Origin: Acidobacteriota bacterium
GTDB lineage: Bacteria > Acidobacteriota > UBA6911 > RPQK01 > JAJDTT01
Direction of reading: 5' to 3'
Assembly: GCA_965209055.1 (NCBI GenBank)
Contig: OZ242374.1
Location: forward strand, 704,001-768,000
Length of the DNA: 64,000 nt
Position numbers and translations under genes: made by a program. The number at the start of each line of letters is the position of its first letter. Within the stretch, counting starts at the first letter, position 1. The notes below the pieces were generated by a model that worked only from the letters and a program-made list of their open reading frames with translations, was not told where the DNA came from and made no database searches. Shown in pieces: positions 40,356-50,996 of this stretch.

Positions 40356-40385
40356 TTGACATGGCTGGACGGCATACCTTAAACT
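40356..40385 (+). promoter_or_regulatory. Sigma70-like promoter
   Basis: TTGACA-18 bp-TAAACT. Paralog of 30604-30633. Confidence 0.6.
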
Positions 40386-40550
40386 TCCGCCATCCTAGGC
40401 TACGGGACCAAGTATGTCCGACCGCGTATACGCTGATCCGTTCGATTCGATCAGTCCAGTCGGCTCTTCTACTGCAAGACGAAAACTGCGCATTCACGTC
40501 GGGCGGTTTCCCTCAGCCTCACTATTTCCCACTGATCGGGAGGAAAAGAA

Positions 40551-43500
40551 ATGCGACGTAATTCATTGGCCCTAGTGCTGTTGGTCGCCATCGTCCTGGC
40601 GTCGACCGGCGGTCTCAGGGCCCAGGCGGAAGGGTCCGGGACCATTACCGGCCGAGTGCTGGACGACACCACCGCGGTGGTTCCCGGGGCTGACGTTGAG
40701 GCCGTCAACGAGGCGACGGGCCTCCGCAGAACCGGCATCTCCAACGAACAGGGGGTCTTCAGTTTCGCCGCTTTGCCGGTGGGCTCCTACACCCTCAGTG
40801 TAGAGATGCCCGGCTTCAAGAAGGCAGTGGTGGAAGGGATCCAACTCGAGGTGTTCGCCGTGGTGGATCACACCTTGACGCTTCAGGTGGGTGAAGTCAG
40901 CGATACGGTGTTGGTCACGGCCGAGGCGACGGTCGTCGACCGGAGAACCGCCGAGCTGGGCACCGTGATCGGCGAGGAGATGGTGGAGGAGCTGCCGCTG
41001 AACGGAAGAGGGTTCCTGCAGCTCGCCGGGATTCAGGCCGGCGTGCAGGCCGGCGATTCGGCTCCCGGCGTCGCGCAGTGGGCTTACGGTCCTCGCCAGA
41101 CCTCCGCGGCCATATCCGGGACGCGGGTGAGTTCTACGTCGTACGTATTCGACGGAATTCCTTTCAAGGAACATTTCTACGGTGCTCCGGGGGCCCTCGT
41201 TCAAGTCGACGCCATTTCGGAATTCAAGGTCCAGAAGGGCTTTTTCACGGGCCGCGGGCAGACCCCGGGCGTGGTCAGCGTCGTCACCAAACAGGGAACC
41301 AACGCGATCAGTGGAAGCGCCTGGTTCTTTCACCGCAACGACAACCTGGACGCCAGAAGCTTTTTTGACCGGGAACTCGGAGAGTTTCGGCAACACCAGT
41401 GGGGATTCGAGGTCGGGGGGCCGGTACTGAAGGACAAGTTGTTCTGGTACGTCTCCTTGGAGGGGTTGAACTCAAGCCGTTTCAACACGCAGTTCCTCAC
41501 CGTACCGCCGACAAGATTTCTCCAGGGGGATTTTTCTTCCTTGTCGACTCCCGTCATTGACCCGATGACGGGTGAGCCTTTTCCCAACAACCAGATTCCG
41601 TCCAATCGCATTCACCCCTGGGCCCGGTTGTACATGGAGGATGGACTGATCCCGGCGCCCAATCTTCCGGGCACCGCCAACAACTTCACGGGTGCGGCGC
41701 CGAGAATCCAGGACGACACGAAATGGATCTGGCGTGGAGATTGGCAGGCTACAGACAACGATAAAGTCTTTGCCCGTGTGATCCACTCCGACTCGCAACT
41801 GTTCGACAGCAGAATCAACAGAGGCGCGAATGTCGAGTATCCGCTCTACGGAAGAAATGCCGTCGTCAACTGGACCCACGTATTCGCCAATAACCTGGTT
41901 CTGGATGCGCGGGCCGGATTGAACCGCGCCATCATGTCGCTGGCGCAAAACCTGGAACGGGACACGGACCCGATCTGGTCGGAGAGGTACGGCATCCGGA
42001 ACATCAACACGACTCGGACCTGCAACTATGCCCCGGCTGCAGGCATGGTCAGCTACACGCGTTTTGGCGGCGCCGGCAACTGCATCGTCCCGGTCAACAA
42101 CGACCTCTACTACATGGCCGACATGAGCTACACCCAGGGCCGGCACGAGATGACCTTCGGCATGACCATCATCGACCGGTTCACACAGCAACTGGCTGCT
42201 TCATGGACCCAGGGGAGCTTCCAATTTTCAGGAATCATTACCGGGAACGACGTTGCCGATTTCCTGCTGGGACATCCCGAGAACTCCACGGGCGCCGCGG
42301 CGGCCGGAGCGAATCGAGTCTCCATGTGGTGGGACGCCTATTTCGAGGACCGCATCCGCGTCACGCCCAATTTCAGCCTGACCCTGGCCTTGCGCTACCA
42401 GGTGCACCCCTGGCTGGCCCTGGAGGTCGGACCTGAAGGGGGCAACTATCTGGACATCATGGACTTCACGCGTCCGCGCGGAGGGGTGATCTTTGGAGGG
42501 CCCGGGAGTCTCATCGACACCGACTTCAATGACTTTGCTCCCCGGATCGGGTTCGCCTGGACACCCACTGCCAACCAGAATTTCGTGCTCCGGGGCAGCT
42601 ACGGTGTCTTCTATGATGAAACACCGGGTAACGATCTGGCCTGGGACAGCTCCGGTCCGCAGAATGCATTCATCAACAACGCCATCAGCCGGGACCCGAA
42701 GAACCCCATCGACATCGCCACACTGTTCAAGGATCCTCCCGTATTCGATCCGGACAACTTTAACGAGATTCTGGATATGAGCGATCCGATCGGGTACGTC
42801 TCACTGATTACCAGCAAGAGACGGAGCCCTTATCTGCAGAACTGGACCCTGAGTATCCAGAACATGCTTCCGGGCCAAGTCTTGCTTGAGACGGCCTATG
42901 TCGGATCGACGGGAAGGAAGCTGTCCCAGAGGCAGGAACTCAATCGGCCGCTTCCGCAGCTTGGCGCGCCCCCCTTCGAACAGGAGCGGCGCCCCTGGCC
43001 CAATATCGGCTTCAATATCCAGGATGCCGGTGCGGGGATGTCCGACTACAATGCGCTTCAAGTCACCCTCAGAAAAACCGGCACCAAATTGAGCTTCCTT
43101 ATGGGCTATACCTATGCGAAGACAACCGACTGGGATTCCTTTGGGTCGGTGACGACGTATCGGCTCACCGACACCAACAACGCTCGAAGCGATTGGGATA
43201 TGGGACATCGTCTGTCCTTCAGTTGGAACTACCTGCTTCCGAAAATGGAAGGACAGTCCGGCTTGATCCGGAATCTCCTGGGCGGTTGGCAGTTTGGTGG
43301 AATTACGACGCTGAACAGCGGACTGCCGATTACGATCGGCATGTCCAGCGACAACTCCAACACGGGAAGCACGTACAACGCGCGTCAGCCGAACCGGTTG
43401 CGCAACGGCACCAGGGGCAACCAGGACATCCAACAATGGTTCAATACGGCCGCCTTTGCCTTGAATCCCATCAATACATACGGGAACAGCGGCCGGAATA

Positions 43501-43733
43501 TCATCGATCGGGACGGCATCATCAACCAGGATCTGGCTCTGATCAAGAACTGGGCCCTGCCGATGCTACCCACCGAAGAGGGGCGGTTGCAGCTCAGGTT
43601 CGAGTTCTTCAATGCCTTCAACCACCCGAACTTCGGGGGACCGAGCTCCAATATTCAGAGTGCAGCCTTCGGAAGGGTCAGCAGCGCGTTGTTCGGCCGG
43701 GTGATACAAACTGCCTTGAAGGTCTATTTCTGA
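40551..43733 (+). CDS. TonB-dependent receptor (carboxypeptidase-regulatory-like N-domain, Oar-type)
   Basis: RBS GGAGG, signal peptide, ELPLNGR, FHRNDNLDAR, NDFAPRIGFAW, C-terminal ALKVYF. Paralog of 30963-34197. Confidence 0.9.
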   Translation: MRRNSLALVLLVAIVLASTGGLRAQAEGSGTITGRVLDDTTAVVPGADVEAVNEATGLRRTGISNEQGVFSFAALPVGSYTLSVEMPGFKKAVVEGIQLEVFAVVDHTLTLQVGEVSDTVLVTAEATVVDRRTAELGTVIGEEMVEELPLNGRGFLQLAGIQAGVQAGDSAPGVAQWAYGPRQTSAAISGTRVSSTSYVFDGIPFKEHFYGAPGALVQVDAISEFKVQKGFFTGRGQTPGVVSVVTKQGTNAISGSAWFFHRNDNLDARSFFDRELGEFRQHQWGFEVGGPVLKDKLFWYVSLEGLNSSRFNTQFLTVPPTRFLQGDFSSLSTPVIDPMTGEPFPNNQIPSNRIHPWARLYMEDGLIPAPNLPGTANNFTGAAPRIQDDTKWIWRGDWQATDNDKVFARVIHSDSQLFDSRINRGANVEYPLYGRNAVVNWTHVFANNLVLDARAGLNRAIMSLAQNLERDTDPIWSERYGIRNINTTRTCNYAPAAGMVSYTRFGGAGNCIVPVNNDLYYMADMSYTQGRHEMTFGMTIIDRFTQQLAASWTQGSFQFSGIITGNDVADFLLGHPENSTGAAAAGANRVSMWWDAYFEDRIRVTPNFSLTLALRYQVHPWLALEVGPEGGNYLDIMDFTRPRGGVIFGGPGSLIDTDFNDFAPRIGFAWTPTANQNFVLRGSYGVFYDETPGNDLAWDSSGPQNAFINNAISRDPKNPIDIATLFKDPPVFDPDNFNEILDMSDPIGYVSLITSKRRSPYLQNWTLSIQNMLPGQVLLETAYVGSTGRKLSQRQELNRPLPQLGAPPFEQERRPWPNIGFNIQDAGAGMSDYNALQVTLRKTGTKLSFLMGYTYAKTTDWDSFGSVTTYRLTDTNNARSDWDMGHRLSFSWNYLLPKMEGQSGLIRNLLGGWQFGGITTLNSGLPITIGMSSDNSNTGSTYNARQPNRLRNGTRGNQDIQQWFNTAAFALNPINTYGNSGRNIIDRDGIINQDLALIKNWALPMLPTEEGRLQLRFEFFNAFNHPNFGGPSSNIQSAAFGRVSSALFGRVIQTALKVYF

Positions 43734-43758
43734 CGCATCCCACTACTGTGGAAAACGT

Positions 43759-43788
43759 AAGGGCGCCCCTCGCGGGCGCCCTTTTTTT
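43759..43788 (+). terminator. Rho-independent terminator
   Basis: AAGGGCGCCC-CTCGC-GGGCGCCC-TTTTTTT. Confidence 0.85.
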
Positions 43789-43802
43789 GTAAGGAGGGGC
43801 GT

Positions 43803-44681
43803 TTATCCCCAATCGACGCCTGACCGCCGCATGTAGTCGCGGATGTATGTGAGGGTGTCCTCCTGACCGTGTCCCGCGTCCCGGTACCGGGTCACCAGCG
43901 TTTCCACCAGCGGACCCGCCGCCAGCGGCACGCCCAGGTCCCTGCCCAGTTCGACACACAGACGAAGATCCTTGACCGCCCCGTCCGTCACGAAGTGAAG
44001 CGGTTTGCCGTCCAGGGACAGCTTCATGGTCCTTTCCATGAACGTGCTGTGGCCCATGCTCGGCTTGATGACGTCGAGCAGAATCCGCGGATCCAACCCG
44101 GCCTTCACGCCCAGGGCCATCCCCTCGCAGGCGCCGATGAAGTTGATGTACATGATCAGGTTGTTCACCAGCTTGGCGGCGTGGCCGGAACCGAGCGGCC
44201 CCATGTGGACCACGGTCTTTCCGATGCACCGGAAAAGCGGACGATACTTCTCGAACGCTGCCTTTTCTCCACCGGCGAATACGGTCAACGACGCGTCCCG
44301 CGCACCCCAGATGCCCCCGCTGATGGGCGCGTCCAGGACCTGAATGCCCCTGGAGGCGCCGGCTTCCGCGATGCGGCGCATGATCGCCGGTGAATTGGTG
44401 CTGGTGTCGATGCAGGCGGCTCCCGCGGCCAGACCGGAAAAGACGCCGTTGTTGCCCAGCACGACCGATTCCACTTGCACCGGACCGGGCAGGGACAGCA
44501 GCACCGCGTCGGATCGCTCGGCCGTCTCCGCCGGGCTCGTCGCCCAGACGGCGCCCGCATCCTCAAGATTGCGGGCCTGCTCGCGACGGATGTCGTGGAT
44601 GGTCAGTTCGTATCCGGCCTTCTGCAGGTTGGTTGCCATGGGGTTCCCCATGGCGCCCAGGCCGATGAATCCGACTCTCAT
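43803..44681 (-). CDS. Beta-hydroxyacid dehydrogenase (3-hydroxyisobutyrate/tartronate semialdehyde reductase family)
   Basis: GFIGLGAMG, LDAPISGG, AKLVNN. Confidence 0.9.
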   Translation of the reverse strand: MRVGFIGLGAMGNPMATNLQKAGYELTIHDIRREQARNLEDAGAVWATSPAETAERSDAVLLSLPGPVQVESVVLGNNGVFSGLAAGAACIDTSTNSPAIMRRIAEAGASRGIQVLDAPISGGIWGARDASLTVFAGGEKAAFEKYRPLFRCIGKTVVHMGPLGSGHAAKLVNNLIMYINFIGACEGMALGVKAGLDPRILLDVIKPSMGHSTFMERTMKLSLDGKPLHFVTDGAVKDLRLCVELGRDLGVPLAAGPLVETLVTRYRDAGHGQEDTLTYIRDYMRRSGVDWG

Positions 44682-44751
44682 ATCCGCACCTTTCTACCGG
44701 TCCCTGTTTCGCGGGGATCACGGCCGGCGTGAAGTCAGGACCGATGTGAAT

Positions 44752-45540
44752 CTACGGCGTGCCGCGCCGATCGCCGCCGTCCATGTAGATGGAACTTCCG
44801 AACATGTAGGAGCAGACTTCCGATGCCAGAAAGGCGACCACATCGGCGATTTCCTCCGGCTCGGCGATACGTCCGGCCGGAAGCCCAAGCCCCAGGTCCT
44901 TGAGAACCTCCTCCACGTCGCGGCCCTCTTTGTCCGCCTTCGCCTGAAACAGATCGCGCGCCCTTTGTGTGTTGGTGAAACCGGGGCAGATGGTATTGAC
45001 CAGGATGCCGTCCCCCGAGACCGCGTCCGAGAGTGCGCGTGTCATGTTGAGGATGGTGATGTTGGCCAGGCTCACCGGAATGTTGCCCTGGGCCGGACTC
45101 GCGCCGGCGCTCCCCGCGATGTTGACGATGCGTCCCCAGCCGCCCCACTTCATGTGAGGGATCACGAGTTGGGACATGCGAAGGTAGCTGTAGCTCTTCA
45201 AACCCAGCGCGTCGTCGATCAATTCGGTGGGAAGATCCAGGATGTCGTGCGCCTGCGCCGCACCGGCGCAATTCACCAGGATATCGACCCCTCCGAACTG
45301 TTCGACCGTCTCGTCCACGACCCGGCGGCACGCCTCCAAGGTCGTCAGGTCCGCCGAAACGGCATATCCTTCGCCTCCCGCCTCGTTGATCTCCCCGACC
45401 GTCTGGTCCAGTAGATTCCGGTCACGGGCCGTGATGCAGACCCGCGCACCCTCGCGGGCAAGCGCCAGGGCACAGCATCTTCCGATCCCGCGATTGCCGC
45501 CGGTGACGATGGCCACCTTTTCTCTTAGTCCGAGGTCCAT
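44752..45540 (-). CDS. SDR-family oxidoreductase
   Basis: TGGNRGIG, DILVNCAG, VNTICPG. Lacks the canonical YxxxK. Confidence 0.85.
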   Translation of the reverse strand: MDLGLREKVAIVTGGNRGIGRCCALALAREGARVCITARDRNLLDQTVGEINEAGGEGYAVSADLTTLEACRRVVDETVEQFGGVDILVNCAGAAQAHDILDLPTELIDDALGLKSYSYLRMSQLVIPHMKWGGWGRIVNIAGSAGASPAQGNIPVSLANITILNMTRALSDAVSGDGILVNTICPGFTNTQRARDLFQAKADKEGRDVEEVLKDLGLGLPAGRIAEPEEIADVVAFLASEVCSYMFGSSIYMDGGDRRGTP

Positions 45541-45661
45541 GTGTGTTCCTCAATTGTCAGCTGCGCCGCCGGAAACCAGCCTCGCATGGATTTAAATGTG
45601 TTTATACTCAGATCACCCACTCAGAAATAGTGTATCCGAGTCGCTGGTCTAAGTGATCCCC

Positions 45662-47551
45662 ATGCTCCATATCCCGGCAATCGCGGCACTTGCGGGTTTC
45701 CTGCTGTTGGCGCAGGGCGAGCCGGAGAAGGCCCTGAGGCGGGCGGTTCAACTCCAACAGGACGGTGATCTGCAAGGCGCCATCGAAGTGTACCGGTCCT
45801 TGCTGGCCCGTAACCCCGGTCTGGCGGAGGTCCGAGTCAAGTTGGGCAATGCCTACGCTTCGAGCGGCCGGTATCAGGATGCCGTCGCCCAATACGAATC
45901 GGCTATTGAATCCGGCGGTCTCATTGACCCGACGGGCGCCAGATACGCCCTCGGGTGGACCCATTATCGAACGGCCGACTTCGAGAGGGCCAAGCAGATC
46001 CTGGTCCAGGTCGTCGCCGATGGATCGAAGGGCAGGGAAGCCCTTCAGTTGCTGGCCTCCTGCCACTTCAACCTGGGCGAGTGGCGGAAGGTGATCGAAC
46101 TTCTGTCGCCGCTTGAGATGGAATTGTCCCAATCTCCAGCCCTGACCTATCTGTTGGGAGTTGCCCTGGAAGAGGATGGGCGAGAGGAAAAGGGAACGCC
46201 GCTCGTCGAAAACGCCCTGAAAGACACGGACTGGCCGACGTCACGGTTCCGGTCCGAAATGCGCGCAGATTGGCTCAATCGTTTGGCGCGCCGAGGCGGC
46301 AAGTTGATGGAAAACGGAGACTACCCGGGAGCGGCCAGGCACTTGGAAAGAGCCCTCGCGCTCGACCCGCGGGTCCCTTCGTTGAACGCCACGTACGGGA
46401 AGTTGCTCCGGCTCATGAACCGGCACGACACAGCGAACCAGGCCTTCCTGGAAGAACTCAAGATCAATCCCGACGATTACGACGCCAATCTGTACCGCGG
46501 CATCTTTCTCTTTGAGAACGAACAGCAATATGAGGAAGCCCTGGCCCGCTTCGAACGTGCGCTGCGGACGCGGCCGGGCGATGCGGATGCGCGGTTTCAG
46601 ATGGGACTCGTCTACAGCTCCTCCAACCGGATCGAAGAGGCGATCCGAACCGTGAAGAGTGTGGTGGATGAAAACCCCAATTTCCTGGAAGGCCACGTGA
46701 CTCTGGCCGGCCTGTACTTCCGGTTGGGACGGCAGGAGGAAGCCGAACGCCACCGGGTCGCCGCCGAGCGGCTGCGGACCAGCAGGGACGGGCAGCACCT
46801 GATCAAGATGGGACAAATCGCGCAGGCCTCGGAGCTGTTCGAGCGCCAGAAGCAGGCGGATCCGTCCGATCCCGAGCCCTACTTCCATCAGGGGATGGGG
46901 CGTTGGCAGGAGCAGGATTGGCCGGGCGCCGCCGCAGAGTTCAAAGAGGCCGTTCGATTGGATGGCAACAATCCCAAGTACGCCATCTACTATTCGAACG
47001 CATTGGCGCAATCGGGAGCGCACGAACTGGCCCGGCCGGTCCTTGAGTCTCTGGGCCGGGATCGATGGCCGCAACTGAACTCCCGCCAGGCCTGGATTCT
47101 GGGGGACACCTATTTTCAGATGGGAGAGCACGACCGGGTTCTCCAGGTCCTGGACTTCCTGGCCGACCGGGAACCGAAAAACGCGCGCGTCGATCTCATG
47201 CGGGGCCAGATCCATCTCCGCAAGGGAGACTATGAGCAAGCCCGCGCCTCCGCTGAAGGGAGCATCAGAAGGCAACCGGACAACGATCTTGCCTATTCAC
47301 TGTTGGGAACGGCCCGGTACCTGTTGAAGGACATGCCGGGGGCGAAAGAGGCTTTCCTCAAGGCTGTCGAGCGAGCTCCCGACAACCCGAATCATCTGCG
47401 CAAGCTGGGCGCGCTCTACCTGGAGTTGGGAGAGACCGAGCCGGCCATCGAGACTCTTGAGCGAGCCCGGCCCGCCGCCGCCAGATTCCCCAGTATCCAA
47501 CGTCTTCTGGAAAGGGCGTACCGGTCCAGGAAGACCGGTTCAAAGGAATAA
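45662..47551 (+). CDS. Exported TPR protein
   Basis: Signal peptide and TPR repeats. Confidence 0.85.
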   Translation: MLHIPAIAALAGFLLLAQGEPEKALRRAVQLQQDGDLQGAIEVYRSLLARNPGLAEVRVKLGNAYASSGRYQDAVAQYESAIESGGLIDPTGARYALGWTHYRTADFERAKQILVQVVADGSKGREALQLLASCHFNLGEWRKVIELLSPLEMELSQSPALTYLLGVALEEDGREEKGTPLVENALKDTDWPTSRFRSEMRADWLNRLARRGGKLMENGDYPGAARHLERALALDPRVPSLNATYGKLLRLMNRHDTANQAFLEELKINPDDYDANLYRGIFLFENEQQYEEALARFERALRTRPGDADARFQMGLVYSSSNRIEEAIRTVKSVVDENPNFLEGHVTLAGLYFRLGRQEEAERHRVAAERLRTSRDGQHLIKMGQIAQASELFERQKQADPSDPEPYFHQGMGRWQEQDWPGAAAEFKEAVRLDGNNPKYAIYYSNALAQSGAHELARPVLESLGRDRWPQLNSRQAWILGDTYFQMGEHDRVLQVLDFLADREPKNARVDLMRGQIHLRKGDYEQARASAEGSIRRQPDNDLAYSLLGTARYLLKDMPGAKEAFLKAVERAPDNPNHLRKLGALYLELGETEPAIETLERARPAAARFPSIQRLLERAYRSRKTGSKE

Positions 47552-47567
47552 AACCACCGCCGCGGCG

Positions 47568-49277
47568 CTAGTCCGGCTCCTCGACCCTGAGAATCTGGTC
47601 GGGTTGGACGCCGTTCAATACCTGAACCTTGCCCGACGGCCAGCGGATCTCCAGAGACTCGACGCCTTCTTCCTTCCCCAAACCGAAATGAACCCGACGG
47701 TCCGGCGAGGACATGAGGCCCACCGTCGAGGAAACAAGGTTGTGAAGGGTCCGTCCCGAGGCCGTCCGCAGCAGGACGGAGGCTCCGATGGCGTCCCGAT
47801 TGCTGGCCCGGCCGCGCAGGTCCAGCATCAGCCAGTGGTTTCCGTTGCCGCCCGAATTTTGCAGAATCCTCGGCTCTTGGTTCAGCGACGTAACGACGAT
47901 ATCCAGGAATCCGTCATCGTTCAGATCTCCGAAGGACGAACCGCGCTGGTAGGCGATGCGCATGAAATCCTGGCCCAGGCTCTCGGAGACATCGGCAAAG
48001 GCCGTCCCCTCCAGGTTCCGCAGCATGGTGTCGTGCTGGGCGGTGTCGGGACTCAGGTATTCCAGGCCCCCGTTGGCCGAATAGATGTCCTTCCAACCGT
48101 CGTTGTCGAAATCGATGAACCCGCTCCCCCAGCCCGTGAACCTGCGGCTCAGCTTGGCCACCTGAGTCCGGTAGCTGACGTACTCGAAGAACCGCCCGCC
48201 CCGGTTCTGAAAGAGCCCGTGGAGCTGGTTTCTGAGGTCGTTGTAGAAAATGTCGACCTGTCCGTCATTGTTGAAATCCTTGGCGTCGGCCCCCATGCCC
48301 GAGCCGGCCACCGCCGAACCTTTGTAGGCGACGCCCAGGAAAAACGAGGCTTCCCGAAAGGTTCCGTTTCCCTGATTCAGATAGAGGAAATTCTGCACCG
48401 TGTCGTTGGCGACGAACACGTCCGGACGGCCGTCCTGATTGAAATCGGCAATTCCCAACCCCATGCCCTTGCCCAACGCCTTGTCGAGGCCCGCCTCGCG
48501 TGAGACATCGGTGAACTTCCCGCCGCCCAGATTCCGGTAGAGCGTGTTGGAAACACTCCGGACGGTCTTGGGACTGCAGTAGAACGGAGTGCCGTCGGGA
48601 AACAGGCAGGGCTTGTCGGTCTTGGCATTCCAGAAGGTGTATTGAGAAACGAACAGGTCCAGCAGGGAATCCTGGTCGTAGTCGAACCAGGCGGCGTCCA
48701 CGCTCAACAGGTCTTTCGGCTTGTCGTCGAGGCCCGACCCGATGGTCACGTCGGTGAACGTCCCGTCGCCGTTGTTTCGATACAGGGTGTTGGGTCCGGC
48801 ATTGCCGATGAACAGGTCGCGGTCGCCGTCGTTGTCGTAGTCGCCGGCGGTCACCCCGAAACAGTAGCCCAATCCGGCCCCCGTCAGGCCGGCCTGCCGG
48901 GTGACGTTCTCGAATCTGCCTCCGCCCAGGTTGCGCAGGAGGCAGTTGTGAAACGAGCGATCGGTCTTCTCGACTTCGGGCAGCTTGGCGCCGTTGGTGA
49001 AGAAGATGTCCTGCCTGCCGTCGCCGTCGTAGTCGAAGATGGCCACGCCGCCGCACATGGGCTGGGGAAAGTACTTGCGCCCGGTGAAGTCGTTATTTGA
49101 TTGGTAGGGAATATCCGATTTGGATGCGATGTCGATGAATCGGATGGATCCCGGATCCTCCCCGCGGGCGGCTGTTTCGGACGGGGCACTCAAGACCCAA
49201 ATGAAAGGGGCAGCCAATACCGGAATGAATAGTCGGCTCCACGCCAGGGTCCATCCCATGGGATGCATCGGAGTCAT
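47568..49277 (-). CDS. CRTAC1-family protein (FG-GAP + ASPIC/UnbV)
   Basis: PMCGGVAIFDYDGDG, GDYDNDG, RGSSFGDLNDDG, HFGLG..IRWPSG. Confidence 0.9.
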   Translation of the reverse strand: MTPMHPMGWTLAWSRLFIPVLAAPFIWVLSAPSETAARGEDPGSIRFIDIASKSDIPYQSNNDFTGRKYFPQPMCGGVAIFDYDGDGRQDIFFTNGAKLPEVEKTDRSFHNCLLRNLGGGRFENVTRQAGLTGAGLGYCFGVTAGDYDNDGDRDLFIGNAGPNTLYRNNGDGTFTDVTIGSGLDDKPKDLLSVDAAWFDYDQDSLLDLFVSQYTFWNAKTDKPCLFPDGTPFYCSPKTVRSVSNTLYRNLGGGKFTDVSREAGLDKALGKGMGLGIADFNQDGRPDVFVANDTVQNFLYLNQGNGTFREASFFLGVAYKGSAVAGSGMGADAKDFNNDGQVDIFYNDLRNQLHGLFQNRGGRFFEYVSYRTQVAKLSRRFTGWGSGFIDFDNDGWKDIYSANGGLEYLSPDTAQHDTMLRNLEGTAFADVSESLGQDFMRIAYQRGSSFGDLNDDGFLDIVVTSLNQEPRILQNSGGNGNHWLMLDLRGRASNRDAIGASVLLRTASGRTLHNLVSSTVGLMSSPDRRVHFGLGKEEGVESLEIRWPSGKVQVLNGVQPDQILRVEEPD

Positions 49278-49315
49278 GGTACGACAATCGTTGGTTTATG
49301 CGGGAGTTCCGCAGG

Positions 49316-50884
49316 TTACGGCCGCTGCCGCCAGATCTGGACCAGCTCCCAGTCCACGCCTTCCCTGGCCTGGCCGAAGTTTCCCAGGATGATGTCGGTG
49401 TCGCCGTCTCCGTCGATGTCACCCAGCTCAAGGGTGATGTAGTCGCACGGAATATCGGCCAAAGAGCGGGGTTGGAAGGACCCGGGTCGGGTCTGTTCGT
49501 ACCAGACCACTCCCGGAAGATTGTATCGACGGCGCACCTCCTCGGTCAGATTGGGGAAATAGGAAGCTGCCACCAGGTCGAGATCGCCATCTCCGTCCAG
49601 GTCCCCCGCTTCGGCGCGGAGAGCGCCGTAGTAGACGTCCACGGGGTGATGGGCAAAGGAAAGGTCGCCTTTGTTCTCCAGCCACGACAGCCCATGGTAG
49701 GGCCTCATCTCCGCCATGGCGTCCAGTGTGTCTCCGTGGGTGAAGAGCACATCCAGGTCCCCGTCTTGATCCAGATCGACCATTTCGAGTCCGCTCGAGC
49801 CCCAGTGCGGGTGAGGCGCGACGAAGAGGGTTTTCTTTTCGAAGGTCCCCGGTCCCCGATTGAGGAACGCGACCACCGCTTCGTGTTCCTGCGAGAGCAG
49901 GGCAATGAAGTCGGTCCTTCCGTCCCGGTCGAGGTCCACGATGGGAATGTGAATCGCGCCGGCCCGGTCATCCAGTTCCACGGACCTGAAATCGCCGGCT
50001 CCGAGTTTCGAGGCTTTTTCCGGACCGGACCCGTTTTCCAGATAGTGAATGCCCCCTACGGTCCTCCATCCGAACTCGGCGACGATGACGTCCACGTCCT
50101 GATCCCCGTCAAAGTCTGCTGCCCGGACGTCGGCGACCCTGCCGATCCCGGTAGCCAGACGGTAGACCTCGAATTCACGCTTCCCGGTCCGCCGGAGCCA
50201 AGCCACCGATCCGGTTCGCTGGTCGGTCGGCTTGGGCCATCCGAGATCTGCGATCAGCAGGTCGGTCCTTCCATCCCGATCCAGGTCCACGACCTCCGCA
50301 TGGCAGGGATTGGTGAGTTTGGCGATGGGTCGGAGGTCCATTTGACCGTCATCGGGATCGGTCCAGCTCACCCACCCGGAGATCATGTCGCTGACCACCA
50401 ATTCGGGGCCCTCCAGATCCGGAAACAGTTCCAGGAGCCGGACATTGGCTGCTCCGGGTTGGAGACCGCGAACCTTCCTGCCCGGCAAGAGTCGGCGGTC
50501 GAACTTGAGCTCCGGCCCCCCGCGCTTTGCCGTCCAACGCGGCGTGTCCAATCGGTCAGGCGCCTTCGACCGGAAGTAGGAGGCGACTTGCAGGGCGTCG
50601 ACGTCCCAGATCGGCTTGTTGTGGGATTGCAGGAGGGTGATGTTGGCCAGTTTGAACTTCCTCTGAATCAGGCCGGGCCATTCCTTCTTGGGGAGGATCT
50701 CCGGGGGCGTCCATTCGTGGCACTGGGTACACGCCTGCCGAATCTTCGTTCCCAAGGCTTCCGCATCCGTGGGCTGGTGGAGTTCGGATGAGACCCCGCT
50801 GGCGGAGGGCCGGGCGGGGCTGAGCAAGAAGAGACTCAGGCAGAGAATCGGGAAACAGCCGGCCGAATGACCACGCGACGTCAT
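49316..50884 (-). CDS. FG-GAP/VCBS repeat protein with N-terminal c-type heme motif
   Basis: Signal peptide, CTQCH..PPEILPKKEW, then repeats DLDRDG/DFDGDQD/DLDQDGD/DIDGDGD. Confidence 0.8.
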   Translation of the reverse strand: MTSRGHSAGCFPILCLSLFLLSPARPSASGVSSELHQPTDAEALGTKIRQACTQCHEWTPPEILPKKEWPGLIQRKFKLANITLLQSHNKPIWDVDALQVASYFRSKAPDRLDTPRWTAKRGGPELKFDRRLLPGRKVRGLQPGAANVRLLELFPDLEGPELVVSDMISGWVSWTDPDDGQMDLRPIAKLTNPCHAEVVDLDRDGRTDLLIADLGWPKPTDQRTGSVAWLRRTGKREFEVYRLATGIGRVADVRAADFDGDQDVDVIVAEFGWRTVGGIHYLENGSGPEKASKLGAGDFRSVELDDRAGAIHIPIVDLDRDGRTDFIALLSQEHEAVVAFLNRGPGTFEKKTLFVAPHPHWGSSGLEMVDLDQDGDLDVLFTHGDTLDAMAEMRPYHGLSWLENKGDLSFAHHPVDVYYGALRAEAGDLDGDGDLDLVAASYFPNLTEEVRRRYNLPGVVWYEQTRPGSFQPRSLADIPCDYITLELGDIDGDGDTDIILGNFGQAREGVDWELVQIWRQRP

Positions 50885-50901
50885 GCTCGAGATGGTAGCC
50901 A

Positions 50902-50978
50902 GGAGGGGGGACAGTCTTGTCCCCCATTCCTGTCTCTCCACAATTCCAAGAATCGGCGGTTAGGAAACCGCCGCTCCC
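50902..50978. repeat. REP-like doublet in the divergent intergenic region
   Basis: GGAGGGGGGACAGTCTTGTCCCCC plus an inverted GGGAGCGGCGGTTTCCTAACCGCCG. Confidence 0.65.
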
Positions 50979-50996
50979 ATCCATATAATCTGCTTC

